A stretch of DNA of 64,000 nt, taken from a virus (lineage: Duplodnaviria; Caudoviricetes). A program made the position numbers and the translations under genes. The DNA lies in IMG/VR virus record IMGVR_UViG_3300037418_002116, one strand, 5' to 3'. A model generated the notes under the pieces. That model had not been told where the DNA came from, searched no databases, and saw nothing but the letters and a program-made list of their open reading frames with translations. Shown here piece after piece: positions 16,331 to 25,810 of the stretch. The stretch's first letter is position 1; every line of letters begins with the position of its first letter.

Positions 16331-16952
16331 CTTCACCATCCATATAATGAGAAATTTTGGGCAAATCCGTATTGTATGATGAATCGTTTGCAGATTTCTG
16401 AAAAAATTCATGTAGATAGGGATCGGAAGCCAACACCTTTTCCATTTTGTTCGTGACAATCTCATGGATTGCAGGAAGGCTTAGCGTAGCTTCCGTTTCC
16501 CACGGGAGCATGGCGTACAATTCATACTGCTTGTCTTTGTGCAATCTAACCAATGAAGACAAAGGCATGTAGAAGTGATCTTCCCAATAAACGGCATTCG
16601 CCGCTCTGTCGATTCGGAAACCATCTTCCAAGTATTGCTTGACGTGCACAAGTTCATGGGAAAGGGTAGAAACCATTGTCTTCAAATCGCTGGAATATAT
16701 CACGATATTGAAGCGACCTTTCATATATTGGTCAGTGAACCCATTGGTTTCCTTGTACAAGGCATCCGTTTTGCTTTTCAAAAAGATGTGGACAATTACA
16801 TTTTCGTGTTTGTCCTGCAAAATGGTTTCAAGAAACAATCGAGTGTAACAAATCAATCCGTCTTGCTGTAGTGGAGTACAAGATTCGGGATCACATAAAT
16901 CTGTAACTGTTATCAAGCAGTCAATTCCAGTAGAACGAAAGCTGGTGTCCAT
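16320..16952 (-). CDS. HExxH zinc metallopeptidase
   Basis: LSHELVHVKQY..PWETEA; true start may be near 16916. Confidence 0.7.
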   Translation of the reverse strand: MDTSFRSTGIDCLITVTDLCDPESCTPLQQDGLICYTRLFLETILQDKHENVIVHIFLKSKTDALYKETNGFTDQYMKGRFNIVIYSSDLKTMVSTLSHELVHVKQYLEDGFRIDRAANAVYWEDHFYMPLSSLVRLHKDKQYELYAMLPWETEATLSLPAIHEIVTNKMEKVLASDPYLHEFFQKSANDSSYNTDLPKISHYMDGEDDI

Positions 16953-17089
16953 CCCTCAAATCCAATCCCGTCTTTCAAACGACGGTAAAAACTATTTGCT
17001 TCGTCATGAGTTTTGAAAGACTTCATCAAATTACCGGAAGCAATTTCGATAACATCAAAGGTATTTTTCTGTTTTTGAAGCTTGTACAT
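16913..17089 (-). CDS. Small conserved T4-like protein
   Basis: Manual translation MYKLQKQ...LKDGIGFEGWTPAF. Confidence 0.6.
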   Translation of the reverse strand: MYKLQKQKNTFDVIEIASGNLMKSFKTHDEANSFYRRLKDGIGFEGWTPAFVLLELTA

Positions 17090-17090
17090 T

Positions 17091-17363
17091 TCAATCCTTT
17101 GTCATGTAAGTTGGTATCATTTCATGCTTGGTGCAGTTTTTGCCGCAAGAATGTTCCCAAGATGTCGTCACTGTTCTGTCTGAACATCGGACAAAATAAA
17201 CACGTTCGCCGCCATCTTTGAAACGATAGACAGAGCAACCATCGATAACAGCGATCATGCCGCCTTCGATTTCGACGTTGCCCGTGTCCTTCCTTTCGAT
17301 GAAATCCGCACCGCAGCCGGTTAACAGAAGAATTGAAAATGCAATGAGTAGTTTCTTGATCAT
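17091..17363 (-). CDS. Lipoprotein
   Basis: MIKKLLIAFSILLLTGC lipobox; DGCSVYRFKDG. Confidence 0.7.
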   Translation of the reverse strand: MIKKLLIAFSILLLTGCGADFIERKDTGNVEIEGGMIAVIDGCSVYRFKDGGERVYFVRCSDRTVTTSWEHSCGKNCTKHEMIPTYMTKD

Positions 17364-17533
17364 ATGGTTTCTTCCCAACTTACGATGGCAGAGTATTTTC
17401 GATCTTCCGGTATCATAGTCATGTGGGCTTTCTTCACTCTTAGAAGTTCATACTTGACATTGTTCATAGAGAGGGTTCGAAGAAGTTCAGTCAAATTAGG
17501 GTCGTTCGGTTTGAAAATTCGTGTGCAGTACAT
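17360..17533 (-). CDS. Hypothetical protein (57 aa)
   Basis: Manual ORF MYCTRIFK... filling the gap with coupled ends. Confidence 0.5.
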   Translation of the reverse strand: MYCTRIFKPNDPNLTELLRTLSMNNVKYELLRVKKAHMTMIPEDRKYSAIVSWEETI

Positions 17534-17536
17534 ATC

Positions 17537-18937
17537 TTACTTAAAGTTTAGGTTACTGAATTTTTGTAATGTTTGGCCGGGCTTTTGTGGAGCCGCTGTA
17601 TTGGCCACTTTGGAGGTTGGCGGCGATATCGCCTCTTGGATTCCCTGTAGGGGATCATCCAAATCATAATATCGCATCTTTGGAATATCGACGCCAACGA
17701 AGAACATTGGAATATTGTTCTTATGATCATAGCGAGATTTCAATTGCTTGATTAGCAAAAGATTCTGCTTGGCTAAATCTTCTGTCGAGATAAGCGCAGC
17801 CACAAAGTCAGCCGTAAAATTGATGCCAAAAGCTTCGGATGTATCATCGATATCCGGATTCGAATTTGCGTGACCGCCACGGTTAAACTGTGATGCCGAC
17901 ACAATCGGCACGTTCATTTCAACACCAAGGCCCCGCAATTCTTCGGAAATGGCCTTGTAATAGGTGTTGGTGTTCGATATCTGTCCTGCTTTGAAACGAG
18001 TAGATATCAAAATGTTCAGATAGTCAACATAAATTATGTCCGGAACGAAATGTTTTTTCAGGAGAAGTTCATTCAACAAACTTCTAATATGCGTTACGGA
18101 AGCCGACGACGTTGGATATTCCTTGATAACAAGGCGTCCGTGTGTTTTCTTTTTGGCACGGGCGATTCTATCGTCAAAGTAGCTCTTTGAAATCGTTTGA
18201 AGATTCTTGATTTCAATATCGAGGACGTTAGCGTCGATACGCTTGGCGATTTCCTCTTCCTTCATTTCGGCAGTAATATAAAGAACATTCTTGCCGTCTA
18301 TGAGATTGTTCGCAGCCATGTTGCACATGGCCAGCGACTTACCGACGTTCGTTCCCGCCAAAAGCAGATTGAGCGTCTTTTTCGAGAAACCGCCGTTGGT
18401 CACCTTGTCGAGGTAGGCGATGCCGGTAGAGATTTTTTCCTCTTTTCGGTTATAATATTCGTATCGGTCGTCGGCATTCTCGAAATAGTCGTGACCAATG
18501 GTCGTGTCGAAGCCAACCGCCAAGGCTGATGACAGGATATCGGGAATCGCACCCTTGGCCTTATCCTTACTCTTCCCTTCATAGATCGAAATTGCCTCAT
18601 GCAGAGCAATTTCTAGAGCCCGGTCCTTACAAAATTTTTCGGTTGTGGTTAGAAGCCATTCGATTTCCGGAGCCTTGATTTCCTCTTTGACCGTGTTCAT
18701 CACCGTGTCGATATCGGAAAATGTGTCCTCCACAATCGTATTGTCATTCGACATTTCGATCATGAGAGCTTCGACGGTCGGCGGATTGTTGTAATTTTCG
18801 ACGTAGTTTTTGATATGGTGAAAGATCGTTTGTTCACCTTTTGAGACGAAGTATTCCGTTTTCAGGAATGGGGTTACTCGTCTCATGTAATCATCATTAT
18901 CAATCAGACTTTTGATGATGATTTCTGATACTTGCAA
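17537..18937 (-). CDS. 41: Replicative helicase (gp41)
   Basis: AGTNVGKS Walker A; VDYLNI; SASQFNR; SEAFG. Confidence 0.95.
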   Translation of the reverse strand: MQVSEIIIKSLIDNDDYMRRVTPFLKTEYFVSKGEQTIFHHIKNYVENYNNPPTVEALMIEMSNDNTIVEDTFSDIDTVMNTVKEEIKAPEIEWLLTTTEKFCKDRALEIALHEAISIYEGKSKDKAKGAIPDILSSALAVGFDTTIGHDYFENADDRYEYYNRKEEKISTGIAYLDKVTNGGFSKKTLNLLLAGTNVGKSLAMCNMAANNLIDGKNVLYITAEMKEEEIAKRIDANVLDIEIKNLQTISKSYFDDRIARAKKKTHGRLVIKEYPTSSASVTHIRSLLNELLLKKHFVPDIIYVDYLNILISTRFKAGQISNTNTYYKAISEELRGLGVEMNVPIVSASQFNRGGHANSNPDIDDTSEAFGINFTADFVAALISTEDLAKQNLLLIKQLKSRYDHKNNIPMFFVGVDIPKMRYYDLDDPLQGIQEAISPPTSKVANTAAPQKPGQTLQKFSNLNFK

Positions 18938-18976
18938 ATTGTTACCTTCTTTTTATTATTTTTAGACAAATAGAAT

Positions 18977-18998
18977 CCCTACCGGTTGCCCGGTAGGG
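18977..18998 (-). terminator. Stable hairpin between uvsX and 41 (terminator or stabiliser)
   Basis: CCCTACCGG-GCAA-CCGGTAGGG; weak U tract. Confidence 0.5.
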
Positions 18999-19030
18999 TT
19001 AAAACATTTAAATGTTTGGGAAAACGCAGC

Positions 19031-20119
19031 TTATTCGGCTGAATTGTTTTCCAATGTATCATCTTCTTCGGATGCTGTCAAGTCCATTTCTTGTGAAGAT
19101 GAACCAAGACTAAAGTAAGCTTTAGCAGCTACTTCAAGCTTTTCAAGAATATCCTGTGTGAAATACTTAGCAGGGTCTTCATTGATATGCTTTTCAAAAT
19201 GCTTTGAACCATCCGGCATTTGATATTGTGTGGAAACTTTCTTGATAATACCGGAAGATGCCGCCAATGGCAGCAAACCGTAATAGCGATCCACACCCTT
19301 TTGGAAGTGGAGCTTGATTGCGATCTTGCGGCCTTCACGGGAGAATCGGGACTTCTGCACGTTCACATGGATGATATTGCCATCATGAACGGTCACGTCC
19401 TTACCACCGATCTTGACCTTTTCGGTATCCTTTTCCTTGGTCAAACCAAGGATGGTCGATGCAGCGTATTCCAGACCGCCACCACCAGCCATTTTCTGTG
19501 GTGCACCATAGCTCATAATGTCGGTATATGAGTGAGCGCATACGAACATTGGGATGTTCAGCTTACCAAGCTTCTGTGTCGCCGTGCGGAACAGTGAGCG
19601 AACGCCTTGCTGCTTGGTCATGTCACGCACATCTTTGCCGTTCAGGCCATCCGTGTCTTCCTTGATCGATGGCAACATGCCAAGCGAATCGAGAACCATG
19701 ATCACACGCTGGCGTTTGTCTTCCGGCAGAGTGCCATAGGCATCCAAAAATTTGAGCGCCTTGGTCTTGAATTCTTCGATGGTTGCCGGTTGCTGAATGA
19801 ACACACGGTCGGGATCGATATCACGACGGAGCAAGAAATCTTCGTCAATGGCAAATTCGGTATCGAAAAAGAGAGCCTGTGCAATCGGATCACTCTGCAA
19901 AAGAGCTTTGACGGCTGACATGGCCAAGTAGGTCTTGCCTACACCCGCCTTTGAGTGGACGGCGGTAATTCTGTTGTTTGGAATGCCGCCCCATATGGAT
20001 GTTGAAACAGCGGCGTTTAGGATGTATGAACCGGTATCGAGAAATCCGGTAGTGACGACTGGACCAGAATATTCGGGGTCAGCCTCTTGAATAAGCTTAA
20101 GAAAGGACTTGTCCTTCAA
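19031..20119 (-). CDS. uvsX: RecA-like recombinase
   Basis: DTGSYILN; SKAGVGKT; DTEF; LDSLG; GGGGLEYAAS; KSRF. Confidence 0.93.
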   Translation of the reverse strand: MKDKSFLKLIQEADPEYSGPVVTTGFLDTGSYILNAAVSTSIWGGIPNNRITAVHSKAGVGKTYLAMSAVKALLQSDPIAQALFFDTEFAIDEDFLLRRDIDPDRVFIQQPATIEEFKTKALKFLDAYGTLPEDKRQRVIMVLDSLGMLPSIKEDTDGLNGKDVRDMTKQQGVRSLFRTATQKLGKLNIPMFVCAHSYTDIMSYGAPQKMAGGGGLEYAASTILGLTKEKDTEKVKIGGKDVTVHDGNIIHVNVQKSRFSREGRKIAIKLHFQKGVDRYYGLLPLAASSGIIKKVSTQYQMPDGSKHFEKHINEDPAKYFTQDILEKLEVAAKAYFSLGSSSQEMDLTASEEDDTLENNSAE

Positions 20120-20239
20120 ATGTATTACCTCTTAGTTGTATCGTGTGGTGAAATGTCGTTAATTTTACGTCGCCCATTTCTGTGAAGCGACATAAGTATT
20201 TAGACACTACGACCAACTAAGAGGTTTAGTCAGAATCCT

Positions 20240-20662
20240 TTATTTACTTAGTAGTTCTTTCTCTTTCTCTAAGAGTTCTAACCATAGTTCTTTCAGAGCG
20301 AAATAAGCGTTCAACTCACATTCATATCGAACGACGTTATACAGTTCTTCTTCGATAGGAATTCCATACAATTCTTTGATTCGTTCTTCTGGTGGACGCA
20401 GAGACTCTATAGCCATAGAACGTGCCACATAGGCTCTATATCCAGCTTCTAAATCTTTTCTTGGGTTATCCAATTCATTTACGATTCCACCATCATACAT
20501 GTAATTTTCGAGTAGATTCTTATCAGAATTCATCTCTTCTATAGGTCTATCTTTGTATGCGGTAATATCGGCAAAAAGCCTATCGTAATCCCATCTGTTC
20601 ACCTTGTCAGTGCCAGAAATTCCTTGATCTTCTTTTCCAATGTCTCTGTTCTGTTCGGCCAA
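20240..20662 (-). CDS. Hypothetical protein
   Basis: 140 aa ORF; coupled GTG start at 20602 is plausible. Confidence 0.55.
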   Translation of the reverse strand: MAEQNRDIGKEDQGISGTDKVNRWDYDRLFADITAYKDRPIEEMNSDKNLLENYMYDGGIVNELDNPRKDLEAGYRAYVARSMAIESLRPPEERIKELYGIPIEEELYNVVRYECELNAYFALKELWLELLEKEKELLSK

Positions 20663-20862
20663 TAGATATAGTCATCCTTCCCGGTTGAATGAAGATTGGC
20701 GAGCAAAGGCATCACCAATTCTTCAATCTTTTTTAAACGATCTTTGTATTCTTCAATAGTCACTGTTTGTTCCTCCACCACACTCTTTTGCGTGGTGGAG
20801 AAACCGAAATCGTTCTGTGTAGAGTAATCTTTGATTATGGAATTGATATCCGAAACAGCCAT
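20599..20862 (-). CDS. Conserved T4-like hypothetical
   Basis: DFGF..PLLANL..YIYWPNR. Confidence 0.65.
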   Translation of the reverse strand: MAVSDINSIIKDYSTQNDFGFSTTQKSVVEEQTVTIEEYKDRLKKIEELVMPLLANLHSTGKDDYIYWPNRTETLEKKIKEFLALTR

Positions 20863-23393
20863 TAAACCCAGAGTCCTTCCAATGTACTAATCTCTTCCTC
20901 TCGCCAGCCAATGACCTTGTTCATTGTTTGCACCGGACCCAAGAAAGTCTTTTCAAATTGTACGTCATAATCTATATATTCGTCCAAACCCAATTCCGGA
21001 GGAAGAGAGCGTGGCGCACAGATGACGTTTTCACCAATTGGGTTCGGTAGTTTCAAATAGCACTGCTTGATCTTTTCGCCTTCGAAGATAGGTTCGACTT
21101 CCAAAAGACCGTGCTTGGCCACGTAATGATTGTACAGAAGCGCACCACGCACGTGCATGGGCACCGCAACACCCTTTGTTCGGTTGTAAATGAAGGTTCT
21201 ATCACCATACTTATCCAAGCCCTTACAACCCTTGGGAGCCGCAACCTCTTCAAAAGGCAGAGTGTAGAATTCTTCCCTAACTTTTTTGACGAAATCACGC
21301 ATGGTGGCTTCGTCTTTTTTCAGAACAATCTCATAGTATGCTTTGAGCTTGTTTCTACAAAATTCCGGAGTGGTTGTCTTGACGCCTTCCAATCCGGTGA
21401 TTTCAATAGAAGGCTTGTCGTATTTGATCTTTTCGTTAGCCAGAACGTGATAAAGATATCTCTTCTTCGCCTGAATAACCATCGTATCGCAGATTTTCTC
21501 TTGCTTCATGAAGAGCTTATCTTGATACGAATTCATCATTTTGCCGACTTCCTTGAAGGCGACATCCAACGCAATCTTTTGGATTTTTTCTTCTGCAAAT
21601 TTGATAAGGAAATCTACAATTTTATCCTTATCGGTTAAGCCAAGCTTTTGGATGAACGGATCAAAATTCACAATGCAAGAGTCGGTATCGGAAGCGATAA
21701 CCCAATCCAGATCGAAACCCGTGATTTTGTTCATGTAACCATTAATCGCTCTTTCAGCGGCCTTAATGATCATTTGACCAAATTTGGTGATCGACTCCGC
21801 AATGCGAAGGTCATAGAAGCGGAACCCCTTGTTTCCGGACGCTCCATACAAAGCATTGATCGAAATTTTCTTGTTCTGTTGAAACACGTCGTATTTCAGA
21901 ACTTCACTTTCAAGCTTGGCAATCAGCGCCTTGTCTTTTACAGCCTTGGCGTGTTGTAGATCGTCCTTTGCCTTGTTCATGAGCTTCTTATATTTTTGAC
22001 GATCATCAAAGAAGCTTTGGACGATTTCAACCATGAAGGACGTGAAATTTCTGGTGAATGTCACACCAGATGCCGACATGGAGAGATTGTTCTGTTTTAA
22101 ATACTCTTCGTAGCCATGCGATTGTCCTAGAAGCAGAGCGTCGAGCGACACGTCCAGTGTGTCACGGATGGTATCCGGGCCGATGTTCGCTTGTAGGTAG
22201 ATCGATGGATACAGGGACGTGATATCGAAGCCCATGACCCATTTGTGGCGCTTGGGTTCGGGTTCCTTGACCAGAGCGCCCATGAACTGGCCTTCGTCGC
22301 CAGTCTCTTCAATTTTGGTAATCGGAACGATAATGTCACGATCTTTGAGATATCCATAGATGATGGAATCCCAAAGCTTCGTCGGCATGAAACATTCAGA
22401 CATATTGATCTTGGCAGAATATGCCATATTGTAGATCAATCGCAAAATGTTCAACTTACTTTCCATTCGTTGAACAAGATTGGCGTCTTTGATGTTGTAC
22501 TCATAGAAAAGTTGTGGATTCTGTTCATACAGTCCGGCGAGCGAACCATATGCCTTGTAATCCACCTTCTTTTCACCAAGAACGACATGCGCAACGGTAT
22601 CGAGCTTGTTATCGTCTGGATTTAGGTGTGGAGGACGGAACTTTTTGAAGGAAAGCAGATAATCAAGATCGATGATACCATAGATATCAAAAATTTCGAT
22701 TTCCTTGCCACGATAGGATTTGATGTTTCGTGGTTTGATGATTCCCCATGGCGACAAACGCTTCGCCCAACTCCAACCAAGCACCGCTGTTATGCGTCGA
22801 ATCATGTAGGGCAAGTCGAAGGCGGTCGTATTCCAGCCGGACACGGCGTCCAAGGCGAGCTTTTCCCACACCTTGACGAAGTGCCGAAGCATCTCGTATT
22901 CATTCTCAAACCAGAAAAACGTCGTGCCATCCGGAGCCTTGAAATCCTTCATGCCCCAGAGATACGTTTTGTCGCCAACCACCAGACCGATTGCGGTCAC
23001 TTCCTTGGTCGCTTGGCCTTCTTCCGAGTGCCCGCCTCTCGAATCGGTTTCGATATCGATAAAGCCGGTCTTAATCAGACTGTCGTCATAATCGATTTCA
23101 TCGGGAAACTCTTCATGGATGAAGGCATTAACCCAATTCTGTTGTCCATAAACTTGGAAATTTGCAGCGGCTTCGAAATTTTTCAGGAAATCTCGGGCCT
23201 TGCCAATCGATGCAAATTTGATTGGAGCAAGGGATACACCATGGTATGATTTCCGAATGGCGTTTTCTGCTTTGGAAGGCGTATAGAGAGTTGGCTGATA
23301 TTTCAGGCGCTTCTTAAATGGTTTGCCGTCTCTATAGCCACGAACAAGAATGTCATCGAACTGCTGTTCGACTTTCGTATAGAACGTTGAAAT
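20862..23393 (-). CDS. 43: Family B DNA polymerase (gp43), proposed ATT start
   Basis: DITSLYPS, YGASGN, SDTDS, KKRY; frame open 131 codons upstream of the track start and includes exonuclease DIETD; GGAG-N7-ATT at 23393. Confidence 0.93.
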   Translation of the reverse strand: MSTFYTKVEQQFDDILVRGYRDGKPFKKRLKYQPTLYTPSKAENAIRKSYHGVSLAPIKFASIGKARDFLKNFEAAANFQVYGQQNWVNAFIHEEFPDEIDYDDSLIKTGFIDIETDSRGGHSEEGQATKEVTAIGLVVGDKTYLWGMKDFKAPDGTTFFWFENEYEMLRHFVKVWEKLALDAVSGWNTTAFDLPYMIRRITAVLGWSWAKRLSPWGIIKPRNIKSYRGKEIEIFDIYGIIDLDYLLSFKKFRPPHLNPDDNKLDTVAHVVLGEKKVDYKAYGSLAGLYEQNPQLFYEYNIKDANLVQRMESKLNILRLIYNMAYSAKINMSECFMPTKLWDSIIYGYLKDRDIIVPITKIEETGDEGQFMGALVKEPEPKRHKWVMGFDITSLYPSIYLQANIGPDTIRDTLDVSLDALLLGQSHGYEEYLKQNNLSMSASGVTFTRNFTSFMVEIVQSFFDDRQKYKKLMNKAKDDLQHAKAVKDKALIAKLESEVLKYDVFQQNKKISINALYGASGNKGFRFYDLRIAESITKFGQMIIKAAERAINGYMNKITGFDLDWVIASDTDSCIVNFDPFIQKLGLTDKDKIVDFLIKFAEEKIQKIALDVAFKEVGKMMNSYQDKLFMKQEKICDTMVIQAKKRYLYHVLANEKIKYDKPSIEITGLEGVKTTTPEFCRNKLKAYYEIVLKKDEATMRDFVKKVREEFYTLPFEEVAAPKGCKGLDKYGDRTFIYNRTKGVAVPMHVRGALLYNHYVAKHGLLEVEPIFEGEKIKQCYLKLPNPIGENVICAPRSLPPELGLDEYIDYDVQFEKTFLGPVQTMNKVIGWREEEISTLEGLWV

Positions 23394-23417
23394 ATGGGGA
23401 CTCCGAATGAATGGTCT

Positions 23418-23487
23418 ATTATATAGAATCTCGCTCTTCGAGTCAAGCGAAACAATCTATTGACTTCTGTATGATTTTGATTATATT
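23418..23487. promoter_or_regulatory. Divergent sigma70-type promoters
   Basis: Minus: TTGACT(23446)-N17-TATAAT(23423); plus: TTGACT(23460)-N16-TATATT. Confidence 0.75.
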
Positions 23488-23510
23488 AATTATGAATATG
23501 GAGAGAGAAC

Positions 23511-23711
23511 ATGGATGTAATGTTGATGGATGATGCAAGGCGCATAGCTCTTGCTGCCGTGGAAGTGAAGTCGGCCAAAGCCTTTCGACAAGCATTGATC
23601 ATGCTTGGCAAGGAAGGCGGCGAACCGGCCATGGCCCAACTTGCCGCAATCAAACTGGCCTTGAAGGAAAAGGACTATTCCTTGGCCGAATCAATCGGAA
23701 ATCGATCATGA
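23511..23711 (+). CDS. Hypothetical early protein
   Basis: GGAG SD; 66 aa. Confidence 0.6.
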   Translation: MDVMLMDDARRIALAAVEVKSAKAFRQALIMLGKEGGEPAMAQLAAIKLALKEKDYSLAESIGNRS

Positions 23712-24109
23712 AACGCAATGATGTGGTAATGATCGCCAAGCCAGATTTATACCGACTCTATGGGCGCATCGTGCGCATCATTGACGATAAGGCTTTGTGG
23801 ATATGTTGCGGTTTACACATCCATCTCACACCAATTTCAATGCTCGAAAAGGTCGATTATGTCGGCACGTGGGAGTGGTGCCACAGTGATGAAGTGGTCA
23901 ACTATTATCACAAAGATAAGGATGGTTACCCCACGTCATGGGTTCCCCGTTGGTCACGTCCACCGCATTTCCAGTACATGCCTACTTTGCGCAAGCTGAA
24001 ACAGATGGCTTCCCGCTATCACAAACGCAATGTCTGGAAAACACCACTCGATTATGAATTTCTAACGAAAGAGGATCAGGATGAAAACAGTGACGGAGAG
24101 GCAGATTGA
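23708..24109 (+). CDS. Hypothetical protein
   Basis: ATGA overlap; 133 aa. Confidence 0.6.
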   Translation: MKRNDVVMIAKPDLYRLYGRIVRIIDDKALWICCGLHIHLTPISMLEKVDYVGTWEWCHSDEVVNYYHKDKDGYPTSWVPRWSRPPHFQYMPTLRKLKQMASRYHKRNVWKTPLDYEFLTKEDQDENSDGEAD

Positions 24110-24248
24110 AAAGGCACTCGAATGGATGAAGAATCATCCGGAAAAGGGTTCATCCGTCTCTGAACGGGCACAACAAGCCTCTTGGCGCTTTCATGTCGAT
24201 CAAATAGACCTATTGGAAGCATGGAGAATTAAGAACGGGGGCAGTTAG
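24081..24248 (+). CDS. Hypothetical protein (55 aa)
   Basis: GAGG SD; MKTVTERQIEKALEW... Confidence 0.5.
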   Translation: MKTVTERQIEKALEWMKNHPEKGSSVSERAQQASWRFHVDQIDLLEAWRIKNGGS

Positions 24249-24262
24249 CCCCCGTCTTTTTT
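24235..24262. terminator. Intrinsic terminator
   Basis: ACGGGGGC-AGTTA-GCCCCCGT-CTTTTTT between convergent genes. Confidence 0.75.
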
Positions 24263-24264
24263 CG

Positions 24265-24360
24265 TCACTGTGTGTCGGTCGGTGTCGTGTCGACATACTT
24301 TTTGTAGGCCCAATAGCCCACGGCGACAACGGCGACAAGGATTACGATATCCCAAAGCAT
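24265..24360 (-). CDS. Small membrane peptide (31 aa)
   Basis: GAAGGA SD; MLWDIVILVAVVAVGYWAYKKY. Confidence 0.55.
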   Translation of the reverse strand: MLWDIVILVAVVAVGYWAYKKYVDTTPTDTQ

Positions 24361-24377
24361 ATTTGCATTTCCTTCGT

Positions 24378-24791
24378 TTAGAGGTTAAGTACTTTCTTGA
24401 CATCAGCCGGTCGGTATAGGTCCGACTTCATGACTTTGCCAAACTCGTTATAAACGGGCTTGCCATCTTTATCGAGTTTGGACATGTTGGAAGAATGAAC
24501 TTCCTCAAATACCTTGTCGATATCGATTCCAAAATCAACAGCCATTCCATAGCAGACATATAATAGGTCTGCAAGCTCTTTCGCAAGGGCAGAAATGTTA
24601 ATTTCTTCTGCATCTAATGTGTTGAGATATGGGTCGATTTCAGCCATCAATTCTTTGTATTCTTCCGCTATCAGCCTCTTTCGAAGCACTACAGACGAGT
24701 ATGCAGGAATTGTGGGCGTATCATTTTTTAGAAGGTTGAAAACTTCATGGAACTGCCTAACTTGTTCGAAATTGGTCAAGCGGCTTCCCAA
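24378..24791 (-). CDS. MazG/PRA-PH-like nucleotide pyrophosphohydrolase
   Basis: LIAEEYKEL..KELADLLYVCYG..VHSSNMSK..GKVMKS. Confidence 0.85.
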   Translation of the reverse strand: MGSRLTNFEQVRQFHEVFNLLKNDTPTIPAYSSVVLRKRLIAEEYKELMAEIDPYLNTLDAEEINISALAKELADLLYVCYGMAVDFGIDIDKVFEEVHSSNMSKLDKDGKPVYNEFGKVMKSDLYRPADVKKVLNL

Positions 24792-24976
24792 TACAATTCT
24801 TCGTCTTCCTGAATTGCTTCAAGCGGCGAATAATCTTCGTTATAGTAATCATCCCAATGTTCGGGAGCGCCATAACGAGCGATGGTTTCTGCCGAAAGGC
24901 CATAGACAGCTTCCATAATTTCATGGAGTTCAGTCAGCCAATTGGCGAAATCGTTTGTGTGGAGGGTCGTGGTCAT
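24776..24976 (-). CDS. Hypothetical protein
   Basis: 66 aa acidic; coupled ends. Confidence 0.55.
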   Translation of the reverse strand: MTTTLHTNDFANWLTELHEIMEAVYGLSAETIARYGAPEHWDDYYNEDYSPLEAIQEDEELYWEAA

Positions 24977-25425
24977 TGTGTAGTCACCTGTTTTGATTTT
25001 CCGATTGTATATTTTGCCGTCAAGGTCCAGTCCTTCTTTTCTTTGTAGGAAATAACCTTGATCTTCCCAAGCGGGCAGACCGGCTCTTTTGTCTTTTCGG
25101 GCTCAACGATCTTGATCAATCCCCATTGTGCCAAGAGGTTGGCAATCGCATTGCGACGGGCTAGATCGTCTTCCGAGAAATTCGTTGGCTTTCCATCCAA
25201 CAAGAACATTTCCTTGAAATGAACCAAGGCGTATTTTCCCTGCTTATGCAGGATGTGGCAGGATTGAAACAACTCTTTCTTGGTAGAGGAAGCGGAAGCT
25301 ACGCCGATTCTGGTAAGAGTTTCTTTTACTTTCAAAAAGTTATCCGGTTCCGGAAGTTCAATCCACACAAAATTTTCAGTTACATTACTGTAATCTTTTT
25401 GTTCTGGTACATTCTCTGTAGTCAA
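24973..25425 (-). CDS. regA: Translational repressor RegA
   Basis: FLKVKETLTRIGVAS..LFQSCHILHKQGKYALVHFKEMFLLDG. Confidence 0.95.
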   Translation of the reverse strand: MTTENVPEQKDYSNVTENFVWIELPEPDNFLKVKETLTRIGVASASSTKKELFQSCHILHKQGKYALVHFKEMFLLDGKPTNFSEDDLARRNAIANLLAQWGLIKIVEPEKTKEPVCPLGKIKVISYKEKKDWTLTAKYTIGKSKQVTTQ

Positions 25426-25435
25426 TAGTATTTCC

Positions 25436-25810
25436 TTATTTCGCTCCCCCTTGGTCGAGGGAATCCATTAAATTTTTCAATTCAGTTTCAGTCAATATAT
25501 CCATAATTTCCACCGCCCTATCATAGCGAATGCCAAGCTTTTGTGCCAAAAGGACGGTATCAGCGTCTCTTTGCGGCTTGACCCACTTACTAAACCGACG
25601 TTTCTTAGACGTGGCATAATAAAGGAATTCATAATGTTGTTTTGCAGAAATTTCCGGGCACATGTTCAACTCGTTAGCGAGGAATATCGTGTCGGGAAAA
25701 AATGAGAAAGCCTTGTTGATAATGTACTCTGAATAATCCTTTTTGTCAATATCTTCGTTGAAGGAATATTCCTTGTCGTTGATGCTCTTGACGAAATCCC
25801 AAGGGTTCAT
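25436..25810 (-). CDS. 62: Clamp loader small subunit (gp62)
   Basis: MNPWDFVKSIN..YIINKAFS..KRRFSKW; position after gp44. Confidence 0.85.
   Translation of the reverse strand: MNPWDFVKSINDKEYSFNEDIDKKDYSEYIINKAFSFFPDTIFLANELNMCPEISAKQHYEFLYYATSKKRRFSKWVKPQRDADTVLLAQKLGIRYDRAVEIMDILTETELKNLMDSLDQGGAK

Noticed and set aside
20862-23400. Split, intron-containing or frameshifted DNA polymerase suggested by the late ORF-track start
   Set aside because: The frame is continuous from 23393 to the stop, and 843 aa is a normal gp43 length
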